A stretch of 64,000 nt of DNA from Octopus vulgaris (taxonomy: Eukaryota), in the NCBI GenBank assembly GCA_951406725.2, contig OX597819.1, forward strand, positions 118,978,001 to 119,042,000. The letters are read 5' to 3'. Numbering within the stretch: position 1 is the stretch's first letter; each line of letters begins with the position of its first letter. Below, in pieces: positions 25,613-41,559 of the stretch. A model generated the notes under the pieces. The model searched no databases and had not been told where the DNA came from. It was given only the letters and a program-made list of their open reading frames with translations. A program made the translations under genes and the position numbers.

Positions 25613-25703
25613 CATATATATGTGAATATATTGATATGTAAGATATGCGTATGTCTATCTCTCATATTCACTCTCCCCTCTCTCATCCTCTGTCTCTGTA
25701 TAC

Positions 25704-25744
<41 letters not shown>

Positions 25745-25749
25745 CCATT

Positions 25750-26175
25750 GCAAATAATTAAATAATGGAGAAAACCATAGATTAACCAACACATCGATTG
25801 GACGACATTTATAGCTTATTTGTTAACACAAAGCATGACATAACAAATCTGTAGATAAATAATAATTTGTATTTAACATATTGGGCTTCTAGACTATTTG
25901 TCTAAGACATGTTTGCTTTACGTTTCCTTCTTCCCTTTTGTTATATTCTAAGTTCTTGTTTTTCACTCTAATGAAGATCCTTTGCTTTAATTTGAAAGCC
26001 CTATGAAGATGAAGAATGTTATTCATGCATTTATGTATAGATCCATTCTGGTAATCTGATTAGAAATAGCTGTCAAATTTGTTGTCATGCTCTGTGTTAA
26101 TACATAAGCTATATATGTGGTCCAACCGATATTTTCGTTTATCTCTTTTCTCTATTTTCTAATTATTTACATTTG
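25750..26175. repeat. Imperfect inverted repeat (~100-bp arms)
   Basis: ATCGATTGGACGACATTTATAGCTTATTTGTTAACACAAAGCATGACATAACAAAT pairs with ATTTGTTGTCATGCTCTGTGTTAATACATAAGCTATATATGTGGTCCAACCGAT. Confidence 0.75.
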
Positions 26176-26239
26176 TTTCTGATAAACTCTTGCTTATCCT
26201 GTTCGTATCTTCAATCGACCTTTATGGTGCGCTTCAGAC

Positions 26240-27364
<1,125 letters not shown>

Positions 27365-28066
27365 TATATACACATATGTATATATGTGTATTCACGCATA
27401 TCTATCTATCTGTATATACACATATGAATGTATATATATATATACATATTTATATATATACAAACATGTATATGTGTATGTTCACTTTAAGTATATATAT
27501 GCCAGCGCATTTGGGTATCCACACATGTGATACAAATTGATCACCAATACATCTTAATTATTCAAGTTTCAATGTGGTTTTATCCAAGAACGTTTGCACC
27601 AAATTTCCCTTATCTCTACAACCTGGCACCTAATTGTATAAAAGCTGATATTCCAAGCAATATGTGATCCATGTATATTTGGGATAATTGGAGGAAACCG
27701 TGGGAAATGAACGATTGGTTAGCTTAATATCTGTGCTTGTGTTTATGTTGGATTTTCTTTTCAATGCTCCATAAATATATCGTGAGAATATGCATTCTTT
27801 AAAACCATTAATAAGGAATCCGAATCGATTCCCCCTATCTCTCAATCTCTCATTGTCTCTACATATGCATCACTTTCTCCATCTATGTGCAAGCAGAAAT
27901 GAGGAATATGTACATATCTATACTGTACATGGTCACATGTTTCATTGATACATGCGAGTATATGTGTATGTATATAAACACAAATACAGCCACGTTCATG
28001 CAGACACACACACACACACACATACACACACACACACAAACAAACAAATGATCACACGCACACACA

Positions 28067-28100
<34 letters not shown>

Positions 28101-28361
28101 TAGATAGATAGATAGATAGATATATATATATATAAGTACAGATTACCAACTTTAAAGATTTTATATGTATATATGAAGATAAAATGGACGCCACTCGAGC
28201 TCGAAAGATTGACCGTTATGTAAAACCTCGTCGAGGAATGTGAATACGCAGGCTGGAAAGCGGAGCATTTTCCAATCGAATTCGGATATAGAGGATTTGT
28301 TGGACACAGTGTGGAGCGACTCATGTTATCGTTAGACCTAACTCATCGTAAGTTAAATACC

Positions 28362-28594
28362 TATTTCGTTACCACCCACAAGGGGCTAAACAACGATAGG
28401 ACAAACAAGGACAGACAAACGGATTAAGTCGATTATATCGACTGCAATGCGTAACTGGTACTTATATAATCGACCCCGAAAGGATGAAAGGCAAAGTCGA
28501 TCTCGGCGGAATTTGAACTCTGAACGTAACAGCAGACGAAATACCGCTAAACATTTCGCCCGGCGAGCTAACGTTTCTGCCAGCTTGCCGCCTT
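28362..28594 (-). mobile_element. SINE family B
   Basis: Reverse complement of 19680-19909. Confidence 0.88.
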
Positions 28595-28624
28595 AAGTTA
28601 TATACCATCATGGGCGATATCGAA

Positions 28625-28865
28625 ACTACACTGGAAGAGGCTAGCTACTGGATTTGGTTAAAAGGAGACGATGAGTGATGGCTAGAAGAATATTGAGCGT
28701 TATTTGATCTAGCAAGCGAGGCCTAATATCAGTGAGGGAGCTGGTTATCATTGATGCCGCAAAGATGGGGTCATCTCCTGATGATCGTACACGTTTGCAG
28801 GTTTCCGATGTGCAGAGCTTTCGAATGTTAGCACTTGCATGAGCAAGTTGTTTGCAAAACATCAG
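28625..28865 (+). mobile_element. 3' end of a HERO/NeSL-like LINE (second copy at 63729-63845)
   Basis: EEASYWIWLKGDDE here and EKASHWIWLKRDDERWLEGY* at 63732, resembling the C-terminal AExASxWxWxxR motif of REL-type LINEs. Confidence 0.55.
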
Positions 28866-29149
28866 ATATATATATATATACCTATAATGAAGTAATTAGC
28901 GCAAGGACATCTTCGCAACAATGATCAAAGAGAAATTAATTGATTTAACTGCATCAGTAATAAGTGAACATTAGCATCATGCAGATCAAAATATTGTTGT
29001 CTTGTTTATAATTCAGATGTTATTATTGTGTTTAGCTCATGTCTACATGATAAGAAGTTAGAGAATATAAACATGCGGACATTAAAACAGCTATAAGAAA
29101 CTTCTCTTAAGCCACATGTATGTGTGTCCAAGAACTTCAATTGTAGTAA

Positions 29150-30125
29150 TTTGATTGATTTCAAATTTAGTCACCAACCAGCATTTTCGAGTGAGTGGAG
29201 AAAGCCGATTACAACGACCTCAATACTGAACATGTATTTATGTTATCGACCCCGAAATGATGGAGGGCAAAGTCGACCTCAATTGAATTTGAACTCAGAA
29301 TGTAAAGACAGACAAAATGCCGCTTGTCATTTTAGCCAGCGTGCTAAGTATTTTACCATCTTGCCGCCTGACTTGGATAATATAATTAATTTTCCACTTA
29401 CTTAATTTCTGAATGCAGAAAGGTATTTGTGTTATTTGACGTTCAATGCTACAGTTATCGTGATTAATTACGCGTATGAATTATAACCCAGAAAATGTGA
29501 TGGGATAAGAAAAATAACAGCGTTCAGCGAAAGATATGGATTATACAGTCTTGTAATTGAAATGTATCCTATGAAATTGTTTAAGCACTCCATTCTTGCA
29601 ACCTAATAATATTGTTACTCGTGATATGTCGTCAGTAGCTACGTTCTGAGTTCTAATTCTGCCCTGGTTGACTTTGCCATTCATCCTTTCGTGATCCATA
29701 AATTATGTACCAGTTGCATACTGGAGTCGATTTCATCAACTGGTCCCCCACTCCCCCAATTTCGGGCCTTGTGCCAAGAGTAGAAAATAATATTGTTATT
29801 CATGGTAATACGTCAACCAATTCCCAAATAAATTAAGAATTTACATCATAAGAAATATTTTAGAGCATCTAACATAAATAAAATTGAAAAATACTTCCTA
29901 ATATTTTAGACGTTATGAAAGATAGTGACCTTCCAGAATGGTTAGCACACCAGACAAATGCTTGGCAACATGTTTGACGTTGCAACTCCACTCAAATTAC
30001 TCCAATGGCGAATTTGATTCCATCCTTTCGATTTAAATAAAATAGGTACCAGTTGAGCACTGGGGTCTATGTAATTAATTTGCCACTCTTCTCTAATTGC
30101 TGACCTTCTGCCAACATTTTAAAAC
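29150..30125. mobile_element. Cluster of three diverged family B-related SINEs (29150-29370 minus, 29625-29786 plus, 29930-30125 plus)
   Basis: Each contains CATCCTTTCG...AAA...GTACCAGTTG-type domain sequence. Confidence 0.65.
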
Positions 30126-30349
30126 AATATTGTAAGCGTTACAGCGAAGCTGCAACGCTTACAATGTTATCAGGATCTTGGAAGAAACACCCGTATATTG
30201 GTCGAAATTCAAGTTCTAATATATATTTGTTGGCACCCTCATTCATGCATCTTAATTTCTATGCAAAAGCGTGCTTACACGATATGTTATGTTTGAAATT
30301 GCTTGCTTAAGAGCTGTCAAGAATAAACGATTGCGAAATAATAACTAGC

Positions 30350-31345
30350 AGAGTAAGCGAAAACGTTTCGAAATGAGGCGTATCCATGTTCTGGCATTAT
30401 TACATGTTAGTTAAAGGATTTTCTGGCAATATACTGCTTATATTTTTCACAAGGCGCTAGGAATGTCCCACGATAGCATTTCAAACAATTCTACATTTCC
30501 AAATGAAACATTTCCAAGAAAGGGTCTACATTGATTCTGACAGTAATTCCCTACAGAATTGATATTACGAATTTGAGTTTTTTCCAGTGTACATATCAGC
30601 GGGATACTACAATTGAATTTATCTTCTTAAGACATATTAGTAAGAAAAATATTGGCTTTTCCTAGAATAGCGTATTACCAGGACGTCAGGTGTATATTCA
30701 TTCACAAATGATTTGTTCGTAGTGATATTCCGTTCCAATACGTTATGCATTCTAAAAGTGATCGCTAAATGAATGCTGTTCTTTTCACTTACTCTGTCGG
30801 AAAAAAATGTGTTATAAACAACATATACATGGAACTGACCGACTCCTTTAAAGCGTGTCACTTCTCATTGAAATAAGTGGCCCTATGCACATATATCATT
30901 GGAGTTGAGCGTGAATGTTACTACTGCTGTGTTCTAACGCATCATAGACGTAGGGATAAATGCATTCATATGCATATTACTATACCGAAAGGAGAAAAAG
31001 CAAATACTATCCAGGAGGTAAGCTGGCCTGCAGATTTAAACATGGTCTACGATCGCATTAGAAACGAGATTGTGGACTCATTTATGAAAGTGGAATAGTC
31101 TCTAGTGAGGTTATAAATCAGTATTGAAGGAAATATATATTGCTGAAGTTGATTATGACGGTATGTACTTAATTGCCAGAGTGGAACACCGAGTACATTA
31201 TGGTAAACTTGTAAAAGGAGCGTTATTTACCGATAAGCTGAAAAGGGCGTAAATGTAGGACATGTACAACGAAGGTGTTGTAAAACTCAGCTTTGTCGAT
31301 ACATAAATACGAGTGTCTGTGGTTTTTTAAACAAAATATATCGCC
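30350..31345 (+). pseudogene. Highly decayed piggyBac-like transposase remnant
   Basis: Ordered fragments RKRFEMRRIH, SGILQLN (SGY region), GVE...RRRDKCIHMHITIP and a C-terminal Cys-rich RKCRTC...LC..C; many stops. Confidence 0.35.
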
Positions 31346-31625
31346 TGCGATTGCTGGTTGTATTAACATATTCAGCGAGCAAATGTCATGCTAAAATACA
31401 TGTATAAAAAGGTCAAAGCATCCACATGCACACATATCTATATATCCATTGATATTAATTATAAGAAAAAGAGTACTCAGTATCGGGGTAGAGATTAATT
31501 TAATAATTTATGTTATGACTGAGGCATTAACTGTGTACCTGTAGATGAATCTCAGAATAGTAAGAAACTGACTTGACCAAATCCATCTATCTATTATATA
31601 CGTTTATATATACGTTTATATATAC

Positions 31626-31694
<69 letters not shown>

Positions 31695-32810
31695 TATGTA
31701 TGTATGTATGCATGTATGTATATTTTAAAGGGATAGCATGCAAGTTCGTCCTTTAATTAGAGTAATTTCAGAAGATTTTTTACGTTCTTTCCTTCATACT
31801 TTACTTTTAAATTTATTAGTATAATTTGTGGAAAGTAGAAAGAAAGAGCAAGATAAAATGAAAAAAAAGGAGTGCAAGATATTGTGAAAGAGATCGTAGG
31901 AGAAATCTTTCTCTCTCTCTCCCTCTCCCTCTTTCTCCATATATATATTTATATATATATTTATATATATACATACACATTAATATACCTATATATATAC
32001 ATGATTATCTTTGTTTATGGACAGACGCGTATATATCTATTTGCATATCTGTATGTAGGTATGCATGTATGTCTGTATGTATATGTGTGTTTATATATGT
32101 ATAATATGCAAGGTCATTAATCTACTTGAAATATTGAAGGGACCATAATTACCTAGGATTTCAACAATAATAATATTAACAAGCACCAAGCTATATGACG
32201 TTTTTTATACTAAAAGTTCGAGTAAATGACAAAGAAGTGAAATTAATATAATTAATGAAGTAGTGGCTGGTGCGCCTTTAACGGCAGATAAGCACCACAA
32301 ACATATGTCAGCTGCAATAGAATTCGATATTATGGCATAGTTTAAACCACACAGCAGATCTTGCATGCCAAGGGCTATATAAAGAAATTTTGTAAATGGA
32401 AATTCTATTACTTTCACTTGAAATTATGATAATACGCACAGGAGACAGGAATATGGAAATTAAATAAACTTGGCGCCAGTCCCTCTAGAAAGTATGCTTC
32501 GAAATAATAATTAAGGAATTTGAGTACCTTAAGGAGCAGAGTAATTATTAACTGAAGGAATAATTTTGCCAAAATGAAGGGGTTCCGAATAGAGCAATAC
32601 GATTGTAATGAATTAAAGATAACTAAATATACAACAAAATGGAGAAAGAATTTGAACGCGAACGTTATTAGAATAAAGAAATACACATTTATATACACAT
32701 GCGTAGGCATCTAGATACATGTATGTGTGTATGTGTGTGTGCATGTGTGTATATGTGTGTGTATGTGTGTGTATGTGTGTGTATGTGTATGTATGTGTGT
32801 GTGCATGTCT

Positions 32811-32854
<44 letters not shown>

Positions 32855-35652
32855 GTGTGTGTATATGTGTGTATGTGTGTGTGTATATGTATGTGTGTGT
32901 GTGTGCCCTTGTGCGTGCGTATGTGCTCATGTGGTTGGTTACACGTGCACAAACACAAATATATTAACAATGGAAATATTGAGGAAATTTAATAGAAACT
33001 AGTGTAATTGCATCTGTGTCAATGATGGAATTGTTTGTTTTTATTATTGGGATATTTATGCTGCCATATCTTTATGGCTGATAGGATTTTGTTGATAATA
33101 TTATCATTGTCATGTTCGAATATTCTCTCTTGTAAATTACTATCATACATTCCCCCCGCAGGACATTTCTATCAAATTTTAAATATAAAGATATGTTTTT
33201 TTTTTTTAATATTTTGAAACTAAAAACAATAGGAAAACGAAATCTAGAGCAAAGAATTGAAAAATATGTGAAAGATAACATGTGTCACTGCAAAAAGTAA
33301 ACAGTAAAATGCAAAGATAATAGATTTTTAAACAGGTCACACGTACCTTTTTTTCAGTAGGAAATTATATTTTTCGCATTATCAGTATGACAACTGTTTA
33401 GCTTGTTTTAGGCACAACACACAATAGAGTAGTAATATTAGATTTGAAATTATTATATGGAAAGTTGATAAATTTTATAATAACATTTTTCGCATTCTCA
33501 TATTCAGAAACCTTGAAGCGCCGAACTACAATTACTAAAAATTCATTTTTTTTTTTTTACAATATTTACTTTATTTTCCTCCTCTTTCCAATGTTTAGAC
33601 TATGCGAACATCTGTCCATAATTATTCGCGTAATATTATATATATCTTACTTAATTTTATGAATGATAATTGCAGTTTTCCTCTTCGGCAGTGTGACACA
33701 TTTTCTCGGTGAATCTCGATGAAGATCAACAGGTTATCAAATGTTATCGAAACACGAATTTCCCGGAGGAATAATTAATTCTTTATATTTGAATATTCAT
33801 TTCATGTAAATAAAAAGATGAAACTGATTTTATTATGGGTATTTTTTATTCCATTGGTAGTAAGTTTTTTAAATAAAAGGTTCTAATCGATGTATATATA
33901 TGTTCTGATAACCATGATATTGTACTTAGATTGCTTTACCCAATGTACTAAATCTTATAGATTTAACGACATCATCAACAAAATCTTGCCGTATAATTTA
34001 CATGCATTATTATATTTTGGTTTACATTGATTTACCTGTACCGTAGGTGTTATATTTCAGGAAGTAGGTGAAATCTCCCCGATTACCGCTATGGTTACTC
34101 ATGGAAACAGAGTACGCACATACTTTTGGGTATATATCTAAAGATACGTCAGCCATTTTCCAATAATTTTGAACAGTAAGTTTCCTTTAAAGTTTCCTTT
34201 AAAGCAGTTTTGTAAAGGCTATCCGTTTCTGTAGGTATTTGTTTAAAACACCTTATTGCAGCCCATGTGCAAAATCTAATTTGATTGTATTGAAGCACAA
34301 TATTATGGCGTATTATAGCGTATTATAGCATATGCTACTCTATTTGCATTGCAGTTATCGATTGATCCAAGATGAAAAAGACCATTACAGAATTAATTAA
34401 GTAAACAGTTAGAAAATATCGTTATCCCACGCTAGTTTAACATAATATTACCATCGTTATGCGACACTTTGTCACAATTGTTACAAGGCCAGTCAGAATG
34501 ATTTGAAGTATTTGTTCTGGCTGGCTGTTCCCTGGAGTCATTACTTGACCGAGGTCAACTTTACAGTTTGCGGGCGATAACAAATGTCCAGCCGAATATG
34601 TGAATAGCGATCGGTTCTCTCTCTATCCTTGTCTTCTCTCACGCTCTGCCTGTTTCTGTTTCTCTGTCCGTATTTCTCTCTCCCTCTCTGTCCACCTGTC
34701 TCTCTCTCTCTCTGTCTATTTCTTTCTCGATTATTTATATCGTGCAAATGCAGAGCTTTCTCATTTTGCGTGACTCTGATTAAGATAAGATCCTGTATTA
34801 TGCATGGGCATGCTTTTGGAATATTCCTAACCATTTACATGTTAATTTTGGATCAAATCGTTGACCATACATCATTGATACCGATATCGAATGAATTACA
34901 GCAATATTCGTTTCTTGCGATTCAGTGAGATATACTATGAGGCAAATGTCGGTTTCTAAAGTCCTAAAAGTCATTACAGCTTTTGGTAAGTTTGGTGGTC
35001 GATTAAATTACCGGATTACTTCACTGCGACCTGTTGTCAAGATAACTATATACAGCATTACCTATTTCACCTGTTACGTATTTATGACCTTACAGATAAC
35101 GAAATATTCTCTGTAGATCCGCAAAAGATCCCAAATGATTTTGTTACAGAGCATGTATAAAATGCCCTGAGTAGATTAAATTGCTTGCTGGTTCCTTCAT
35201 CATTTATTCAGGCCGGTTGGATAACGCAATCCTCGTAGTTCAGCAGCGAGTTCTTCGCTGATTAGAAAGGTTACGCTGACAGGTAAACATGTTGCATTTT
35301 GACAGTTGTATTAACTAAGGCAGATAACATTATGTGACTTGACCGTAAGTCCAGTTCAAAATCTTTCTGTAGCCTGATAAATTAGTGAATTAGATAACAG
35401 TAGCTGCAAGGTAATTTGCTAATTGGCATGTCTCATTCCGTATTTTATATGATAAATTCCATTAATTGAAACGCTTCCTAAATTACGTGGTAATAGTGTT
35501 ATTTAGATGTAATTCTTTCCGTTATTAGTTCAAATCTCAAGGTTGTACATTCCGTTACACATCTTTTGGTTTCTAAGATAAGTATTGGTGAAGTACCTTT
35601 ACGAAGCTCATGTTAAGTGATCTATTCACACACACATACATACATATGTATA

Positions 35653-35716
<64 letters not shown>

Positions 35717-35759
35717 CACTTATATGTATATATGCATGCATGCATATATGTATATATTG

Positions 35760-35806
<47 letters not shown>

Positions 35807-36129
35807 ATGTGTGTTTGTGTATTAATACATATGCATGAATGTATGTCTGTATAGACATGTGTAAATTAAACGTATATTATGAATATAAGTAAACACGTGT
35901 ATTTGTTTGTATTAGTATACGTGTTTGTTTGCTCAGGTGTATGATTGGGTGAGTGTGCATGAGTTTAAAAGTATTTGATTTCTTGGGTCTTGGACATGAA
36001 TTGAACTTTCATTAATGCATTTCTAACACGAATGTCATCTATGTTCATATAAAATTGCGAATTCCCATCATCTCGACGTCATACAGAGCAACTGAAAAGA
36101 CACTTCTTAAATTTATAAATGATAATTTT

Positions 36130-37500
36130 TTGCAAACTAGTGCTTCAGTTTTCCAGCTAAGGGGTCTATTGGATGCCACAGGCTGGCTTCTGTCTTTTAA
36201 GAAGCCATACAACCAATCTCCAAGTCTCCTGGCTATGCTGTGTCTCCGTAGAGTATCCGATGTGGTCTTTCTAGTTACCCTTTGAATCTCTTTAGAAGGA
36301 TCACTGAATACATCAGGACCTATGGCTGAGTATGAGTTTATTTCATCAAAGGTTGATATTACAACAGCTTCATTGCCATTTCATTGTGTAGAATGGCAAT
36401 GGCGTTCAAGGACTCATCTGTTCAAGTGTCCCAAGGAGAGTGGTGAAAACATTCTTGTATTGCACATTCAGTATTTTACTGATCGTCTAGGGCTCCGCAT
36501 TCGGCGAGCCATTTTCGTCGAACATTGGCACCATCTTGTACCGTACTAAAGCAAATTCTCTTGCATATCTATAGAAAGCTTTAGCACTTATCTTAATGTT
36601 GTTAACAGCCCTGGCTTCTTTTTCTGCCCTCTCCTTTTGGTGGAATTGTTTGAGTTTATTTTCCATCTAGTTTATTTGAGATGTGATCTCTTGATATCTT
36701 TTAGTGACCCATTTAGTCAGATTGACAATATTACTCGCCTTCTCATTAGAATCCTCCTATCCAAAGGAATTATATTTATCTGTTGGCTTTGCATATATCC
36801 CTGAATCAAAAGTACTGCATATATGGTGCATGATTGTTAGAAAGTGTTGCAGCTTTACGCCAGTATATTGCGTAGTGAGGCTGGGAGACCAGTTTTGCTC
36901 CATGACCTTCCTCACAATCGGATTTGTGCAACTTCAGGCTAAAGAGCAGTTGGGTGTTTCTAGTAGCCTATACGTCTATACATTTCTGCAGACCGTACAC
37001 TGTTACTTGTATTAAACTCCTTTGCCAGACTATCATCGGTGTGACTTTAATATTATGGATGAGCGCAATGTTATTTGTAAAGTAAAGGACCAAGACAATT
37101 TTTCTCTTGTTGGGTGGAGCACTATTTGCTCCATAAATAGCATGTTTGTGAGCTCAAGCTGAAATTCTGTATGCCTCAGGCCAAGCAGTTAGTATCTGAC
37201 AGGAGGTGGCACTCAAGCCATTCAATATTTTGGAAGTTGGTGGTTCTTAGAAATATGTGCATGTGGTCATCGCGGTTGTTAAATACTTCTTCAAATGATT
37301 ACCGATAATTTGGAACATGTGGTGGGTGGTATGTAGGATTTATTACTGTTTTCCTCTGTTTGATATGAGCTACCCGTATGTCACAGACTGGGTGTGACAA
37401 CAGGACCACAGGTGTGACATTTTCCTGGATGTACATCAATACTTCCCCATGAATCCTCTCTATCCTGTCATTTCGAAACGCTTTCGAAAAAGCGGAGATA
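36130..37500 (-). pseudogene. Decayed CR1/Jockey-like LINE ORF2 (AP endonuclease, linker, RT start)
   Basis: Minus strand fragments FRNDR...VLMYIQE, LFMEQIVLHPTRE...FTNN, ERAEKEARAVNNIKISAKAFYRYA, ILNVQYKNVFT, SAIGPD, LGDWLYGFLKDRSQPV. Confidence 0.75.
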
Positions 37501-39137
37501 TCGGATGCTGTGATATACAGTTTCTGTTAGTTCTAAGCATATTGCTTGATTAAATGTTACTAATTCAGCTTATATACATACTTATACATATATATGTATA
37601 TTATATTATATTATATCATATTATATTATCTTATATTATATTATATTATATATTATATTGTATTATATCATATATAATATTAATCAAGGACACAATAAAG
37701 TGTCTTCCCGCAAGAAATAAGTGTTAAAACACTCATTTGGAGCACACACACCCCCCAAAAAGGCTACATAAGACTGATTTAGGATTGCAGCCACCGATAT
37801 TAATATTTTTTTTTATTATGGGCTATTTACATTGACGTCAATTATAATAACAATATTAATATTAATATCTATGTAAATATTCAATTCTGAATATTTTTGC
37901 TGATATATAAATATTTACATAAACATATACGCATATTAAACTTATGGTACAACTTAAATACAGTGAAGATCTTTCAATGTCATTAATTCGTTTTCTGCTG
38001 TTTCCTCTCCGTTATTATGTGCAAATCATCATTATGAGATTTCCCTAGGAGTGGGAGTAGATGTTAAATTGCTGCTGCTCAAGGTCCCAATGAATCTATA
38101 TTACAGAAAGAAAATCAAAAGAGGGCTGCAGTGTCGAACCGCCGCCTTTATGAAAGGACAGTCGAGTAAGAATGGCTACTGAAGAGGATTAAAACAATTA
38201 GAACACACACACACGCCTTGCACGCACACACACACACACACACATACACACACACACACACACATACACACAGGCACGCACACACACACATATATATATA
38301 TTAATCACAAACTAGTTTCGCTATTACCACTTACGTAATTATTTACGTAATTGTCCGTAGCTCATCAGTGTGATCGTATATATGTATGTAGGTATGCACG
38401 TGTGTATGTATGTAAATGCGAATACCCGGTTGTATAAGAGGCCGGTGCGGTGAGCAATGGACTCGCGGTGGTGAAAGCACCTGAAGCCGATTGCTTGTGC
38501 TATAACCGCAATCATGGGCATCGCTGACAGTTTTCATAGACAAGGCTCAGTGATGGTCTGCCTCGGTCAAGAGTGGAATGCCACGTAACCATAAACGTAC
38601 TTTTGCTGAATAGCCATGTAACAATACACTTACAATTCTTGGGATTTTTGTCCTTCTCACTGCATCGTTCCTCTCTCCTCTTTCTAAGGAAGGGCCATGC
38701 TTTACTCGTTACACGCACCACATTTTTCCAACTTTACCGTGTACATATTTTTGCCTTTTGCTCCTAATGTTTCTATACTTATTTTATATTTGTCTATATA
38801 TATATGAGTGTGTGTGTGGGTTGATTTTTAATTCCAAAACTGCTTTTTAAACAATTGCTTGAAAGTGCTCAGGTTGAACCCGAAGCGCAAAACATTATAT
38901 AACTTGGTATAATACGAGACAAAAGTTAGATAATTATTATATACTTATGGTTAACATAACAATAGTAAATACATATGACACAATAAATACACCAAAACAA
39001 GGAACATATCCATATATTATTTAGAAATGAAAGAAGAAATCCATCAGGTAAAAATATACGAGAAATGGATTTTAAAATGGCATAAAAAATAAGAAATATA
39101 TATGAGAAAGGAAAACCTAAGAGAGAGAGAGAGTATG

Positions 39138-39200
<63 letters not shown>

Positions 39201-39339
39201 CACACAGACACACATATTCTCTCACACATACACATACACAGGCACACATACGATTCCTTTGCGATTTGACAATTAAGGCCATTTTACTTTGTGTGCATCC
39301 TCCAATTTCATTGTGTGTGAGTTGCATATCGCAAATATT

Positions 39340-39897
39340 GATTCATTGTCTTATGTGAACATCTAGTACTTTACGTGGAACCCAAATATCGAGCTTCTTA
39401 ACTATTCCAAGACATTTAAATCTATTTCCAATTGTTTTGTGTGGTACATATTCCCTCTCACCAATCTGTCGCTCAGTTATATGATGATCAGATTCAGTTA
39501 CGGCTTTGATTCTGTCATCATCAACTTCAGTAGGTCGACCAGAACATTGCTCATTTTGAGCGACAAATCTCCAGAACAGAATTTTTAAAATCATTTATGA
39601 CATGTGCGTACTGTTAAGCAATCAACACCATGAAGTTTAAATATCTCTTTTTGAAACTCAGCAGTATTCTAGCCTTTATACAAAAAAAAAAAAAATCTGA
39701 CGAAAATGCTCGTTTTTGCACTCCATGTTAAAATTGAAACTGAACTAACAGCAGTATGCAAAATTACGCGCAATTGGCTTCTAAAGTAAGCTAAAAGTAT
39801 CGGCTATTAAATGTCAAAAGGAAAATTTAGATTTGAGAAAATTCACTCAAAAATATCGTAACTCTATTTACGAAAAACGAAATTTCCTTCGTGGCAG

Positions 39898-39902
<5 letters not shown>
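39340..39902 (-). mobile_element. 5' half of a mariner element
   Basis: Minus strand MECKNEHFRQI...SGRPTEVDDDRIKAVTESDHHITERQI...LGIVKKLDIWVPR (WVPxxL motif); putative TIR TTGGCTGCCACGAAGGAAATTTCG next to TA. Confidence 0.8.
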
Positions 39903-39939
<37 letters not shown>

Positions 39940-39941
<2 letters not shown>

Positions 39942-41200
39942 TAATAAGGTTTAGCAACGAATTGCCTCACCAACACACCGAATTTAGAAATAGCAGTCAA
40001 AAGATATACTATTCCTTCTACTAAAATGGATCTCAGTAAAAACACAGCACTTGAAAGGCAAACACAGACAGGTAAGAAGAAAGAATGAAATGACGGCAAT
40101 CTATCATATTAAGTTACCTACGGACGCTTTCAAAATCAAGTTTTAGGAGAGCATAAAATTAGAAAATTTACTTACCAAACTTTTTCATGCAGGATACTAC
40201 AATTATGAATAATTGTATATTAAATTTTGAGATACTAGAAGGCATTATCTCAACTCAGTGTCAGGCAGCCAAAGAGACCAGTACGAAATTCAAAGTTTGA
40301 ATGAAAGTTGTGTCACCAGCCCCTTCCACCGTGTAAAGACAAAATGCTGCGGTCATTTACTGGGATAAAATATGGTTATCAGTAATAATAAATGGTGAAA
40401 TTAATTAATTTGGAATAATTATCAATTACACCAAGTAGATTTCGGCATGTAAAAGCCCCATTCGAGGAAAATTGAAGTAATACAGAATTGTTTAGCAACG
40501 AATTGCCTCACAACACACCGAATTTAGAAATAGCGTGGCTATTCCTTCTACTAAAGGGGATCTCAGTAAAGTAGGTAACTAAAATTGTATGATATATTTC
40601 ATTCTTTCTTCTTACCTGTCTGTGTTTGCCTTTCATATACTGAGATATAGAAGGAATAGCTATATCTCTTTGACTATATTGTGTGTTGGTATAAACCTAA
40701 TTATAGTATTACTAATTTTCCTCGAATGGGCTTTACTCCAAATCTACTTGTAGATAATTATTCAAATTAATTAGTTTCACCTTTATTTACTGATAACCAT
40801 ATTATCCCAGTAAATGACCCAGCATTTGTCTTGGCTACGGGTGGAGGGCTGGTACACAAACTTTCATTCAAACTTTGAATTTCGTGGTACTGGTCATGCT
40901 TTGCGCTCTGACACTGAGTTGAGATAATGCCTTCTAGTATCTCAAATTTAATATACAATTATTCATAATTTATATCCTGCGATGAAAGAAGTTGGTAAAG
41001 TAGAATTTTCTAATTTATGTCTCCTAAAACTTGATTTCGAAACAAAACTTAAATTGTGATAGATTGCCGTCATTTCATTCTTCTTCTTCTATCTGCAAGT
41101 GCTGTGTTTTGCTGAGATCCCCTTTAGTAGAAGGAATATATCTCTTTGACTGCTATTTCTAAATTCGGTGTGTTGGTAATTATATATTACTAAATTATTC

Positions 41201-41205
<5 letters not shown>
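39940..41205. repeat. ~1.25-kb imperfect palindrome built from a ~540-bp tandem unit, bounded by (TA)n
   Basis: 39969-40480 is the reverse complement of about 40705-41177; the unit start recurs at 40490; a related fragment lies at 57630-57840. Confidence 0.85.
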
Positions 41206-41297
<92 letters not shown>

Positions 41298-41309
41298 AAA
41301 ACCACGCAC

Positions 41310-41349
<40 letters not shown>

Positions 41350-41528
41350 CTTTATTTTAAGCAGCAGAGTAATATTTAAAATAAAGATATTACTCTACCA
41401 CTGGTATTTGAGTACTTTTTCCACCTTGTTTCACATTTATGTTTACTCCGGTATATATATATATTTATATATTTATACACATCATCCTTACATATATACG
41501 TATCTTTACAAACCTGTATCTAAATGTT

Positions 41529-41559
<31 letters not shown>

